This document shows, piece after piece, positions 1 through 15,953 of a stretch of 64,000 nt of DNA (within the stretch, counting starts at the first letter, position 1; the number at the start of each line of letters is the position of its first letter). Location: positions 372,001 to 436,000 of the forward strand of contig LSRY02000022.1 in NCBI GenBank assembly GCA_001643675.2, written 5' to 3'. The notes beneath the pieces were generated by a model. That model had not been told where the DNA came from, did no database searches, and was given only the letters and a program-made list of their open reading frames with translations. This stretch comes from Monocercomonoides exilis PA203 (taxonomy: Eukaryota; Protista; Preaxostyla). The position numbers and the translations under genes are program-made.

Positions 1-2165
1 GGGGTGATGAGATTTGTGGAGTTGTGGGCGATGGCGAGGGCAGAGACTGTGAGGGAGCCCTGTGCTTGTGCGAAGAGGGCAGACGAGGCAGATGGATCTG
101 GTGAAGATGATATTGATGATGACTGTGAATATGAGTTTGATGGTTGAGGAATGCCACTGGAGGCGATGGTGGTGGCAGTTGTTCCATTTCCAGTGATTTT
201 TGTATTTGGAGCACGAAATGTGAGAGTCTTTGTGGGAGTGAAGGTGGAAACGAGAAGAGAGAGGGAGGCATCGCTGAAGGGAGCAATGCATCCGAGGGCA
301 TACTCCACCGTGGCACAGGAGCTTTGCTGTGTTTTACCACAAGCATCGACATCACTTCCACCATTTGAGACTATTTTGTTCTGGTTGATGATTGGAAGCC
401 AGCCATTGTACACGGTATTATCAGCTGTTCCTTGATTCCATACTCGTTTTGTTGGGGTTGTTGAACCACAATTTTCGAATGGAGATTGAGTTATACTTAA
501 ACCACTGAAAAACACATCGTTTCCTCTTCCATTTGTTGCGGTGTTTCCATCGAAGAAACAAAATGTGATAAATTTTACTCCATTCATCCAAGTGAAGGTT
601 GCATCCAAATAAATACCAGCACCTCCTCGTGTGGATGAAGTTGATGCCAATTTATTATTTATGAACTGACAATCATTGATTGAAAATTGGCTTGGTTTGT
701 TAGTCGGTGGATCGCCAAGTGTTAAAGAACCAGCAGAATCACCTCCGGAATTTGATATGCACTTACATTTGGAAAATAAGAATTGGCAAGATGATGTCAT
801 ATTGTAGATCCAGAAATACCAACCAGTTCCACACCAGTTTGTTATTTTACAACTTTCCACTTCATTTTCTGAGAATATCCAAACAGAATTTGATTGTGGA
901 TATGTAGCATGGACTGCTCCTCCATGAGCAGCAGAGCAGTCCGTGAAATTGGATTTTGTGATATCTGTTTTTAACAAATATCTACAATATAACGCTCCGC
1001 CTTGACCATTACATGAACAATTGTTGAATGAACAAGATGTAATTGTGAGATTTGCATTTGTGCAATCAACAGAAAGTGCACCACCATAACTTGATCCACC
1101 ATTTGAATCATTCCATTCACACCATTCAAATTGATAGCTATTCAAATCAGTAAAGGACAATCTTCCAGGTTTCAATTTATGAGTTTCGGATCCGATATAT
1201 TCAACAGGAGCATTTGGTGAAGAGCGTGTTTGGCGGAGGAAAGAGGTGTTGAAGGCAGAGAGAGAAGTGGATGGGCTGTTGAGGAAAGGGAGGATGGTGC
1301 CATCGATGGGGTTGTGGGTGTGTTTGAAGATGGTTGAGTGGATGGAGAGAGATGAGTGAAGAGAGAATGAGGGAATTGTGTTGAAATTTGTGTTGATGAA
1401 AGAGAGAGAAGAGGAAGAGGTGGTTGAGGAGAATGAATTGAGTGAATGTGAAGGAAGGAATGGAAGAGATGAATGAGATTGGGGAGAGGAGATGTTGGAG
1501 AAGAGGGTGTTTGTGAGATGGAGATTGAGGTGGATTTGGAGGTGGGGATGGGGTTGGTGATGGATATGGAGAGGGAAAGGTGAAGAAGATGAGGATGAGG
1601 ATGAGAAAGATGAAAGAGAAGGGGAAAGGGATGGAGATGGAGAAGGGGATGGGGAAGAGAGGGAAGAAGGAGAAAATAGGAAGGGCTTGACGAGGGAGAC
1701 GAACGAGGAGAAAGAGGAGTGGGAGATGGAGAAGGAGATGGGGATAGGGGAGTGGGCATCTGAGAGGAGATTGTTTGGGGTGGAGAAGAGGGGGAAGGAG
1801 AGGATGGCAGGTTGGTGGGTGGTGAGGGAGATGTTTGTGAGGGCGAGGGAGGCATGGGCAGAGAGGAAAAGTGGAGATTTTGTTGCTGGTTGGGCTTGGC
1901 ACGTGGAATATAAAATGGAGGCAGCTGAGTGGTGTTGGGCAGTGAGGAGTGGATAACCAGCGAGAGGGATGATGTTGAGATGTGTCACACACAAGGAGGT
2001 GTTGATGACGGAGATGCTTGTTTCAATGCATCCGATATGATCGAATAATACATTCTGAACGTTCACCGCTGGCCCAATCGGAACAATATTTTTTGCTTCG
2101 GTGTCTTTCGCGAGCACACATAACATCATAACCGGTAAAAATACTGCCATCAGATTCCTTGTCAT
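1..2165 (-). CDS. 5' part of a large secreted/surface protein with GGA(L/V), FxxC and FxxN repeats (right-handed beta-helix, Pmp-like); continues past window start
   Basis: Manual translation gives an open frame from ATG 2165 to the edge, absent from the ORF track because it has no stop: MTRNLMAVFLPVMMLCVLAK (signal-peptide-like)...TRSSPNAPVEYIG...FEWCEWNDSNGGSSYGGALSV...GQGGALYC...HGGAVH...CGKTQQSSCATVEYAL. Closely similar to 32655-34450. Confidence 0.75.
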   Translation of the reverse strand, partial: MTRNLMAVFLPVMMLCVLAKDTEAKNIVPIGPAVNVQNVLFDHIGCIETSISVINTSLCVTHLNIIPLAGYPLLTAQHHSAASILYSTCQAQPATKSPLFLSAHASLALTNISLTTHQPAILSFPLFSTPNNLLSDAHSPIPISFSISHSSFSSFVSLVKPFLFSPSSLSSPSPSPSPSLSPSLSSFSSSSSSSSPFPLHIHHQPHPHLQIHLNLHLTNTLFSNISSPQSHSSLPFLPSHSLNSFSSTTSSSSLSFINTNFNTIPSFSLHSSLSIHSTIFKHTHNPIDGTILPFLNSPSTSLSAFNTSFLRQTRSSPNAPVEYIGSETHKLKPGRLSFTDLNSYQFEWCEWNDSNGGSSYGGALSVDCTNANLTITSCSFNNCSCNGQGGALYCRYLLKTDITKSNFTDCSAAHGGAVHATYPQSNSVWIFSENEVESCKITNWCGTGWYFWIYNMTSSCQFLFSKCKCISNSGGDSAGSLTLGDPPTNKPSQFSINDCQFINNKLASTSSTRGGAGIYLDATFTWMNGVKFITFCFFDGNTATNGRGNDVFFSGLSITQSPFENCGSTTPTKRVWNQGTADNTVYNGWLPIINQNKIVSNGGSDVDACGKTQQSSCATVEYALGCIAPFSDASLSLLVSTFTPTKTLTFRAPNTKITGNGTTATTIASSGIPQPSNSYSQSSSISSSPDPSASSALFAQAQGSLTVSALAIAHNSTNLIT

Positions 2166-4755
2166 ATTCCTCAAGATATCTGACTTCCAAACATAATCAA
2201 AAATAAAATATTAATTATACAAATGATCAAAAAATTGTGGAATAATTGATGATATGAAATATCATTTCATAATATCGTTAAAATGACAAATAAATAAGAA
2301 TAAAGATTCAACAAAAAATTATTGATAGAAATTCGTCAGTTTTTATGTTCAATTGATAAATCAATTTTCTATTAAATTTTTCATGGTTTTCAATTGAAAT
2401 AATTACATAATTTTTTTTTCTTGGATAAATCAACAAATGAACATCTCAACGAAAAATAAAATTGAAACAGATTTATTTTTATTATTGTATGCTTTTTAAT
2501 CATTATCCATTTTGAATGAACAATTTTTTTTTGAATAGTTGAGGGAAAAAAATTAGAAATCGAAAATCTTCGAATATGAATGCATTACAAAAAAATAATA
2601 AGAAGAATGAAAAGAGATCACTATGTTTGACATTAAACAAATGATGATTAAAACATTTTTGTTTTCAATGAATTCGTTTGTTTTATCATCCAAAGTTTTT
2701 GAAAAAAGAATAATAAAGCCATTTCATATTCATATTTTTAAAAGTCAAAATAATTCATAAACCTTGCCTTTAAAATATCTTCTCAATTTATCAGAATTGA
2801 TAAACAATCATTTTTGATAAACATTAATTCAAATGATACATTTTTCCTGTTGATCCTATTCAAGCAAGTTTGCAGCTTTTTTTTTTAATGTCAGGAACAA
2901 AGAAATAATAATTGTTATTGAAGAATTATTTCAACACAGCTGTGAATCAAACAGTTTTCGGAAATATCATCTTCAATCAATCAAAAAGCACAGAACCAAA
3001 ATATCTCAAAATTTTTGTCAAAATCCATGAATGGCATGGATAGATAATTTTCATAGTCAAATAGAAAGCTCATCCATCCAATAAGCATTTTCGGGCATTG
3101 CTTGAAAATGGAAAAAGAAACCAATGGTTTTGCATTTGGTGTAGATTTGAATATTCTGATGAACATAAACAACTAGAATTCGCTATTAGGATTAAATCAA
3201 AAGAAAAAGCAGTTTCTTTTTATGTTTCTTTTGTTTTGTTAACATTTTTTTGAAGGAGTTTTTCTGAAAATGATTGAACTGTTCAGATAAAGAAAATATT
3301 GTTTTCAACTTTTGATAAGTTGGCTTCTCTTTGAAATTCTTTATAATAACATTTTACAGCTTAAAATCTGAGTTCATTTTTCACAACAGAAGTGATGAAT
3401 CGTTCAAATACTGAATCAAACGAAACCGAAATTGATTCAAACTGTTCAAATTCAAATGCTTTATTCTTCTTGAAATGTTTTTGAAATGGTATCAACCGAC
3501 AAAAATGCAATAACATGAAACTCCTCTATCTTTTGAATCAGATATTGTTTTTCTTATTTTCAATATAAATTATTTTCTGACATTTGAATAGATATGATTC
3601 ATTTGAAAAGGTGGAATAAAAAGAGGTCCAAAAAGAATGACTTTTTTTGTATCATTGTCATCACCGCATCCTTCAATTTGATCATATGTGAGAAATGATT
3701 AGTTCAACAAAAGACTGTTTTATTCAAAATCCAACACAATTTTTTTGCAGTTTGAAAACTCCATTGCAGACTTTAAAGAACAATATTGAATGCGAAAGAA
3801 ATGGAACAATATTGAAATGTTATTGTTTGATAATGTTTGCAAACTTATCTCCATCATTGGATAAAATCGATAACGTTCCAAATATAGAACATCCTCTTTC
3901 TTCAAATTCTCTCTCTTTTAAATAATATTGAATTGATAACTTTTCAGATATTTATGTTTTCTCTTTTGAAGTGCACGAATCATCTGACAGATTCGTCTCA
4001 TATGATGTTTGATATTTCTTCATCATTTCTTTTTTGATATCTTGTCAATACACCTTCAAAGCAATTTATAAAAAACTTTTAAGAAACAAATTTTGGTTTG
4101 TTATGTAAAAAATTCTCATTTGTGAACTCTTTCTCATTTTGAACACAAAAGAATGAACGAAAAACAGAAAGAAAACAAAGGAAATTGGAATCACACTTTA
4201 ATTGCAATTCTCTTTAAATTCTTTTCGAGTGTTTAAACGACGAGAACAATTTCAATACAAAATGATAAAAAACTTTCTCATGATTATTGTGAATTTTGTA
4301 AAAATTGGATATCAATAAGAACACTTTTCCTTTGCATCTTCGTCAATTACCATTCCATCACCATTTTCGATTCCATCATTTTCATAAAAATGTAAGATAT
4401 CGATCTTTTCCACCATATCTCTCATGCACAATCTGAAAATGTTTTCCCTTAGGCCTTTGCGACAAGGAAAAATAGAACGATGATTGTCGGACAATTGGAA
4501 AGACCAATGTCGAATTTTTTTTTTAAAATGAAAGTTTTCATCTGTGTCGAAAAATTCGATTGAACAAATACAAATGAATAAAAAACAAAAAAAATTTAAG
4601 AAATTGGTTTCAATTTTTCAAAGATCAAAAATGCCTAAATTGTAAATTATTATTTCCTCATTATAGGTTTGATCAAAATAATTAATTGTTTAACTGATGA
4701 ATCGTTAAATATAAAGTGTTGTTTGCTTCGCATATCATAAATATTAATGGCAAAT

Positions 4756-7630
4756 TAGACCTGTGCGACAAGTGGCAATTTTAGTCAGTTACTGACACAG
4801 GTGACCGACATGCTCATTTTTTTCATTTGATCACAAAATCATTTTTTTTAAAAAATCTTTTTTTCTATTCTTTTTTGAAATAAAAATGTGAAATTACGCT
4901 CTTTTCAAATAATGATGATTTTTAAATTGGTTTGAAGCATTTATTAAAGAAAAATTTGAAACGGAAATATAGGTGACGAAAGTTCATAATGGTTTAGTGA
5001 CAAGATCAGTGAAACATGGATTTTTTAATGCCACCGGAAGTAACTTCTGTAACTGACAATACGTTTTGTCAATAAAACAAACACGTTCGAAAAAGAAACA
5101 GAATAACAAAATTACATGTCGAGCATATGAAATGTTTTAGATTTCGTTTTTCTATCTGTTTCAACCATAACTTTTCGTTTGATATTAGATAATCCTTCTT
5201 TTTTAATGAAAGAACCAAATATATGTTAACAAAAAAGAACTGAAGATTATTTACTGAAAGATTGTTTTCACTAATTATTGTTTGAAGATGTGCATATTTG
5301 TTATTTTTATGATTTCATCACTCTTTGTTTGATTGATTTGTTTTGCATTTTCCTTCATATGATGTGAATTTCATCCCAGAAAAACACGTAAATAACATAT
5401 TAAAAATGTCAGTTACGAAGTATTTGATGTTTGTCTCACATCTTCAATTAAATAGCAGATAAAAATGAAATTCAAAAAGGAACTGTTTCTTGCATCTTAA
5501 AAACGTTATTGCTGAATAACTGAAGTTTTTATCTGAGCAAAGAAGATATAGTTGCTTGATGAGAGTGATTGATACGATTTGCACAAATGCAACAAGCTAA
5601 CCGAATTGATCTTGATAATTGAACAGTATTTTTAAATTTCATTCTTTTGAATATAAAATATCCCATGAAATCGATGAAATAATGTATTGCAATGTTTTTC
5701 AGGAGTTTGCAGTTTATAAAACTTTATGATATTTGACAAATTGAAGTATTGCCCAAATATTCATTCAACAGTTCAAGTCTGTTTCCTCTTGTCACTTGAT
5801 TTACGAGTTCTACGGCTTTTCATCCTCGCTCTTCTTCATCTTTGAAGATCTATTTTCTTTCTAGATTCTCTCCATCTTATTTTTATTTTTTTTTATTTTT
5901 TGATTATACAATGATTGTTGAAAAATTGATGAAAACGTCTGGACAAAACAAAACTCCTTCACATTGCAGAATAATTTCGGATTTGTTTAATGATAGAATA
6001 TTTCGAGAAATGAGAGGCAGCTGGATATAATGAAAGAAAGATAATTGATTTGTTATGTGTTATTAGCATATTGAAGCAACAAGTTCAATAAGGAAGTGTT
6101 CAAAGAAGAAAAGAAAAGAATAAAATAATTATAGCTTCTTTTTATTTAACTCTTTAATTAAAGCAGTCAGGTTTCACTTCATTTAAAAGTGATTATTTAA
6201 TAATTAAAAACTTTATCAAATCCTCAAGTGTATGTTTTCAAATTTGTGAAATGAATACAAAAGATATAAAAATTTGGAGTTTCAATTTTAATTGAAAAGA
6301 ATTAAGAGTTTCAATCACAAAATATTCATAAATATCGAATGATGAATTATCAAAATATTTTCTGTTTTGAAAATCAAATGTTCCATGAAAGCTTATGATA
6401 AAGTCCTCGTATCCTTCTTCTTCTATCTTTCCTATAATCTTTCTTTATAGATCTATTCTTTTCTCTTCATTCACTCCATTATCTGACTTTTCATTAAACC
6501 ATCCTGAAATATTTAAAAAGGAATGCAAACAAATCCTCATCATATAATCAACAGTTGTAGGCTGCTGAATCTCCTCCGAAAGTGGATTAATTGCACATCC
6601 TTTCTGCAAGTTATCAATTACCACTATTGTATTTTCCGCTGCTTCTTTAAATGAATAAAGACAATAAACTTGATTTTCTGTTCAATCATCTCATGATGCT
6701 TGCAACACTTGAGCTTTGCCAAATATAAGCTTTGCATGTTCTCCGTTCCATAACTTGTACAAGAATTGGAATTCATTAATTGAAGTTATTCATCTCCTGA
6801 TAATATGCACCTCTATTCATCCATTTTCTTCTTCTTTTCAACAATAAATTTCTCAAATCTTTTGTGTAATGAGGATTCTTCAAAACCATCAATACATGAA
6901 TCTTTAAGTGAAGCGTAATATTAGACATGCTTCAACAACAGAGTGACATTTTCTATGAATATTACATTTTCTTCGATAAATTTGTGAATTCTGCCTAACA
7001 GTTCTTCCACAAAAATCGATTTAAATTCCTCTTCGCGCATCCCTTCCATTTATTCGCTCATTTCTTCAATTTTCTTTATTTGAACAACCTTATAACAATG
7101 TTCAAGGCTTAAAAATTATTCATCAAAATAAAATTTAACAAATAATATTTTATTCAAGAATTTGAGTAATAATTTATGCACACCACTGAATTTTCATCTC
7201 GAATATATCTTCTGCTTTTTTTTATCAGTGGATTTCAATGGGAAAACAATTCCCTTCCATCATTGTAATTGAATTCGTTCAAGCTTAAATAAAATGAATT
7301 GCAGTTAAATTGTATATTGACTTGGATATCTTCACATATGTATTTACACAATTCAAAAGTTCTAAGATGATAAATAACGCATTTTGAAGAAAATTGTGTT
7401 TTGTTAATCCATTTATATTATTATGGATCATTTGATCAAATGATAAAAATAACTCAATAATTTGCAATAAACTTAAAAATATTAATTGATTGTGAAGAAT
7501 TGGCATCTTCACAAAAATAATATATGAATTTTTTTTTCTTTCTTTCTTTTTATTTTTTTATTTTTTATTTTTATTTTTTTTTAAGTGACTGACAGCAACA
7601 AAAATTTGCATGTCGTGTCGCACAGGTCTA
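4756..7630. mobile_element. hAT-like DNA transposon, decayed/non-autonomous
   Basis: 15-bp TIR TAGACCTGTGCGACA (4756) / TGTCGCACAGGTCTA (ends 7630). 8-bp flanking direct repeat TGGCAAAT (4748-4755) / TGGCATAT (7631-7638), 7 of 8 matching. TAG-initiated TIR plus 8-bp TSD is typical of hAT. Weak frameshifted hAT-like motifs on the - strand (QVTRGN ~5790; LTKRIVS/EVTSGGIKKS ~5020-5080). Confidence 0.7.
6345..7130 (-). pseudogene. decayed copy of the lineage-specific helical protein family (KMEEEGYED-type C-terminus), inside the hAT element
   Basis: LEHCYKVVQIKKIEEMSE*MEGMREEEFKSIF...LLLKHV*YY and IIGKIEEEGYEDFIISF match the 24083 and 26264 family members; several stops and an internal deletion. 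Confidence 0.7.
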
Positions 7631-7747
7631 TGGCATATATTTAATGACTGCAGTATGTTTTTTGATTGTCGCTAATTTCATTTTGTTCTCAAAAATGATC
7701 TTTATTTATGAACAATAATTTCACTTTCGCATTTTTCAGTGAATATA

Positions 7748-8149
7748 GTAACTTTCATAATAGGCGGACACTTTCCTAATCGCCGGACAGTAGCCTTTTC
7801 TCAGCAGCTAATGAACGTAGAATTTTAATTTTTTCCGACATCAATCGTAAGGTGAATATGAGTATATGAAGCATTCTGAGAATACTTCATTCTTGTTCAA
7901 TCATTTTTTAAAAATAAATTTTGTTCTTCGGAGAAAAAGGAAGTTATTAGTTTTTCCGAATTTCTCCGAAGAACAAAATTTATTTTTAAAAAATGATTGA
8001 ACAAGAATGAAGTATTCTCAGAATGCTTCATATACTCATATTCACCTTACGATTGATGTCGGAAAAAATTAAAATTCTACGTTCATTAGCTGCTGAGAAA
8101 AGGCTACTGTCCGGCGATTAGGAAAGTGTCCGCCTATTATGAAAGTTAC
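7748..8149. mobile_element. palindromic MITE 'P', copy 1 (189-bp arms, 24-bp spacer, TA-flanked)
   Basis: GTAACTTTCATAATAGGCGG...CTTCGGAGAAA (7748-7936) is the reverse complement of 7961-8149; TA at 7746-47 and 8150-51. Confidence 0.85.
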
Positions 8150-8151
8150 TA

Positions 8152-9645
8152 CACCAAAAATAATTCAATTTCGAAAAAAAATAATTCATATTCGAAAAAA
8201 AATAATTCGATTTCGGAATTAATAATTCAAAATCGAAAAAGAATAATTCAAAATCGGAATTAATAATTCGAATTCGAAAAAAAATAATTCAAAATCGGAA
8301 TTAATAATTCGAATTCGAAAAAAAATAATTCGAATTCGGAAATTAATAATTCAATTTCGTAATTTATTAATTCGATGTCAAAAAAGAATAATTCGATTTC
8401 GAAAATGAATACTTCAATTTCGATATTCATTAAAAACTGAAAATATAAATACAGTACAAACCGGAAATAATCACGTCGAACATAATCAACATCGTTTATT
8501 GTCACATTTTTCGATGCACCGACATTTTTTGCTGGTTTTTCATTGATTTCTCATCGCATATAATCACAGGGCAGAAAATATATAATCACATTTTCTCTTG
8601 TTATGTGTGATTATTTCTATGAAAAATCGATTTTTTGATCAAAATTTTCAATTTTTCTCCTTTTCAAAAATGTGCTCAAATGAGTCTGAATTATGTGTAT
8701 TTATGAAAAAATTGTTCAAGCTAGTGAAAAATGTGTTTTAATGAAGAATTTCCAAAAATAAAATAATCGACACAAAATTGATTATTTCTAAAATTATTTT
8801 TTATTTTTTTCTGTGTTAAGCTTCATCGTGTATAATCACAATCGGATATAGTCACAAAATGTAGTGCAAAAACCGATGTGATTATATCCGAATTAGACTG
8901 CATATCTCGAGAATGGATTTCAATAAATTTCAAGTTGTTTTTTAATCAATCAAATATTATTTCTCAAATAACTGTTTTTTTAACAGAAATATGAATCAAA
9001 TCAATTTTTTGAATTTTTTTTATAATTTTTGAAAATCATCACTGAAATTATAGAAATTTCAAAAAAATTCATTCTATTGAATAAAAAAATATTATTTTAT
9101 TTTCTATCACGTTTATTGAGAAATAAAAAACAAGAATATTATTACCAATAGAAAAAAATTTTTTCTTTGGTAAAAATATCAAAATCATCAATTTTTTATG
9201 TGAAAATGAAATCATTTTCTTTTCAAATAAACTTCAATCATTAAATTTTCATTCAAAATGAAAGAAAATTTTTTAATGAAAATGCGTCATTTTTCAAATA
9301 TTGATAAACCAAATTTGCTGATGAGATAAAAATTTAAAGAATTTAAAACCCCAAACACAAGTTATTCACTCCACAAATAAAAAAAAATTACGTTTCGAAA
9401 TCGAATTATTCTTTTTTGACATCGAATTAATAAATTACGAAATTGAATTATTAATTTCCGAATTCGAATTATTTTTTTTCGAATTCGAATTATTAATTCC
9501 GATTTTGAATTATTTTTTTTCGAATTCGAATTATTAATTCCGATTTTGAATTATTCTTTTTCGATTTTGAATTATTAATTCCGAAATCGAATTATTTTTT
9601 TTCGAATATGAATTATTTTTTTTCGAAATTGAATTATTTTTGGTG
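8152..9645. mobile_element. foldback-type element 'B' with ~253-bp TIRs built from ~21-bp tandem subrepeats
   Basis: CACCAAAAATAATTC... (8152-8404) mirrors 9393-9645; the arms are arrays of AATAATTCRAWTTCG(A)n; TA on both sides; a diverged family member lies at 44531-44827. Confidence 0.8.
8452..8900. mobile_element. Tc1/mariner-pogo-type MITE nested in element B
   Basis: Imperfect TIRs CAGTACAAACCGGAAATAATCACGTCG and rc CAGTCTAATTCGGATATAATCACATCG; TA on the left, CA on the right; repeated ATAATCACA motifs; absent from the B paralog at ~44670. Confidence 0.65.
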
Positions 9646-9647
9646 TA

Positions 9648-10049
9648 GTAACTTTCATAATAGGCGGACACTTTCCTAATCGCCGGACAGTAGCCTTTTC
9701 TCAGCAGCTAATGAACGTAGAATTTTAATTTTTTCCGACATCAATCGTAAGGTGAATATGAGTATATGAAGCATTCTGAGAATACTTCATTCTTGTTCAA
9801 TCATTTTTTAAAAATAAATTTTGTTCTTCGGAGAAAAAGGAAGTTATTAGTTTTTCCGAATTTCTCCGAAGAACAAAATTTATTTTTAAAAAATGATTGA
9901 ACAAGAATGAAGTATTCTCAGAATGCTTCATATACTCATATTCACCTTACGATTGATGTCGGAAAAAATTAAAATTCTACGTTCATTAGCTGCTGAGAAA
10001 AGGCTACTGTCCGGCGATTAGGAAAGTGTCCGCCTATTATGAAAGTTAC
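9648..10049. mobile_element. palindromic MITE 'P', copy 2 (appears identical to copy 1, offset 1900 bp)
   Basis: Same sequence as 7748-8149, including the spacer AAGGAAGTTATTAGTTTTTCCGAA in the same orientation; TA-flanked. Confidence 0.85.
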
Positions 10050-10434
10050 TATATTCACTGAAAAATGCGAAAGTGAATAATTTAAAAAAAAGTTCACACA
10101 AATGGAATAATGAAATAAATGTTGGGTAATGAAAGAAAAGTTTGAATATTTAATAGTTTCTTTACCACAAAAACACATATAAAAAGAAAAAGGAAAAACA
10201 AATAATAAAAACTGTTTTTATCCTTTTTTTTCATGAAATTTCTCTTCCTTTTTTTTCCACATGTTTTTTAACCAATAACAACTTAATTGAAAATTGGAAT
10301 AACAAACGACAAGCAAACTATTATCATTATTATCTGATCAAATGTCCATATTTAAATTATTTGCCATATTAATATCGTTTTATTTAAATATCAAATAATC
10401 GAAGCTGCTGTCTTCAACAGATTTTTAACAACAT

Positions 10435-14739
<4,305 letters not shown>

Positions 14740-15953
14740 TCAAAGACATTTTTATAAGAAAAAAAATAATTATTTTTATTTTTATTTTTATTTTCATTTT
14801 CATTTTCATTTTCATTTTCATTTTCATTTTCATTTTTTTGAGACTTATCTTTCTTCTTTTGTTTATCAGCATATGAATATTATTGGTAGAATTAAAATAC
14901 CATTTTTTTATTATTCAAATTATTTTCATTTGTATTTTTATAATATAAGCATGCTGCGTTTTTGCTGATTATTACTTGAATTTTCTTATCTTTTCACTCC
15001 ATTTATCAACATTAGTTATATATTTTTTAGTTTCAAAGAATAATGATTAAGAATTTGTGGATAATGCAAATTAGTTCTTGAAAAATTGATTTTTGAAGAC
15101 TTTTATTTGTTTTGATTTTTTTAATTTTTTATTTTTATTTTTTTTTTATTTGTTGGCTGAGATGTTAACATTGTCAATGTGCTTATGAAATTGATAACTG
15201 GAGTTTAAAAAAAGAAAAAGAATACAACAACTAATCGTGCAATCAGCTTGTTATTCAATTCTTACGATTAAAAAAATACAACTCTGTTTTTTAATCATGC
15301 ATTTACAAAAAAACTGATAAATAAATAAAAATAAGTAAAGAGAAAGCGTTAGGAAGTGGTTAAAAAATCCATTAACCGAAAAAATAATTAATTATTATTA
15401 ATAATTCTTTCATAATTTTAAAAAATCTTCTCCAGAAGATAACAAAACCGCAAATGCAACGTTAACAGCAACATTTTGAAATCTTCCGAATTTGGCAATT
15501 ATTTGATTGAAAATCAAATTGAAAAACAAAAATAAATAATAAAAAAATAAAATTCAAAAAATTATAAAAAAAAATTATATAACTTTTACAGCTTGCAATA
15601 AATAAAAAATTTGACTATAATTTCACCTAATGATTCTATACTTCCGCAAATAATTCTAATAATTAATCACTTGCTTCGAAGAATGGGGGGTGTAAGCATA
15701 TGATTGTCAGTTAATGTACAATTCGTTCATTGCCCAATGATTATTCCAATGCAAAATTAACAAATAAATAAATAAATAAATAAACATTATTAATTTTCAA
15801 ATCAATTCAACAAATAAAAAATTTTTCATACCTTTCAACTGATTACTTGCAAAGCTTTATTCGCACTTCCAATTACCTTCCCCTTCTCTTTCTTCGCATT
15901 CTCTTCTCCTTCCCTCCCTCTCCTCTTCCTCTTCCTCTTCCTCTTCAATCTCT

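Noticed and set aside
1172-1992. Multiple overlapping long ORFs (also 32636-33477 and many within 49-62 kb)
   Set aside because: C/T-rich or G/A-rich low-complexity strands rarely form stop codons; only one frame carries conserved motifs.
8152-8404. Regular ~21-bp repeats resembling a CRISPR array or iterons
   Set aside because: No unique spacers and no cas genes; they are tandem subrepeats of foldback TIRs in a eukaryote.
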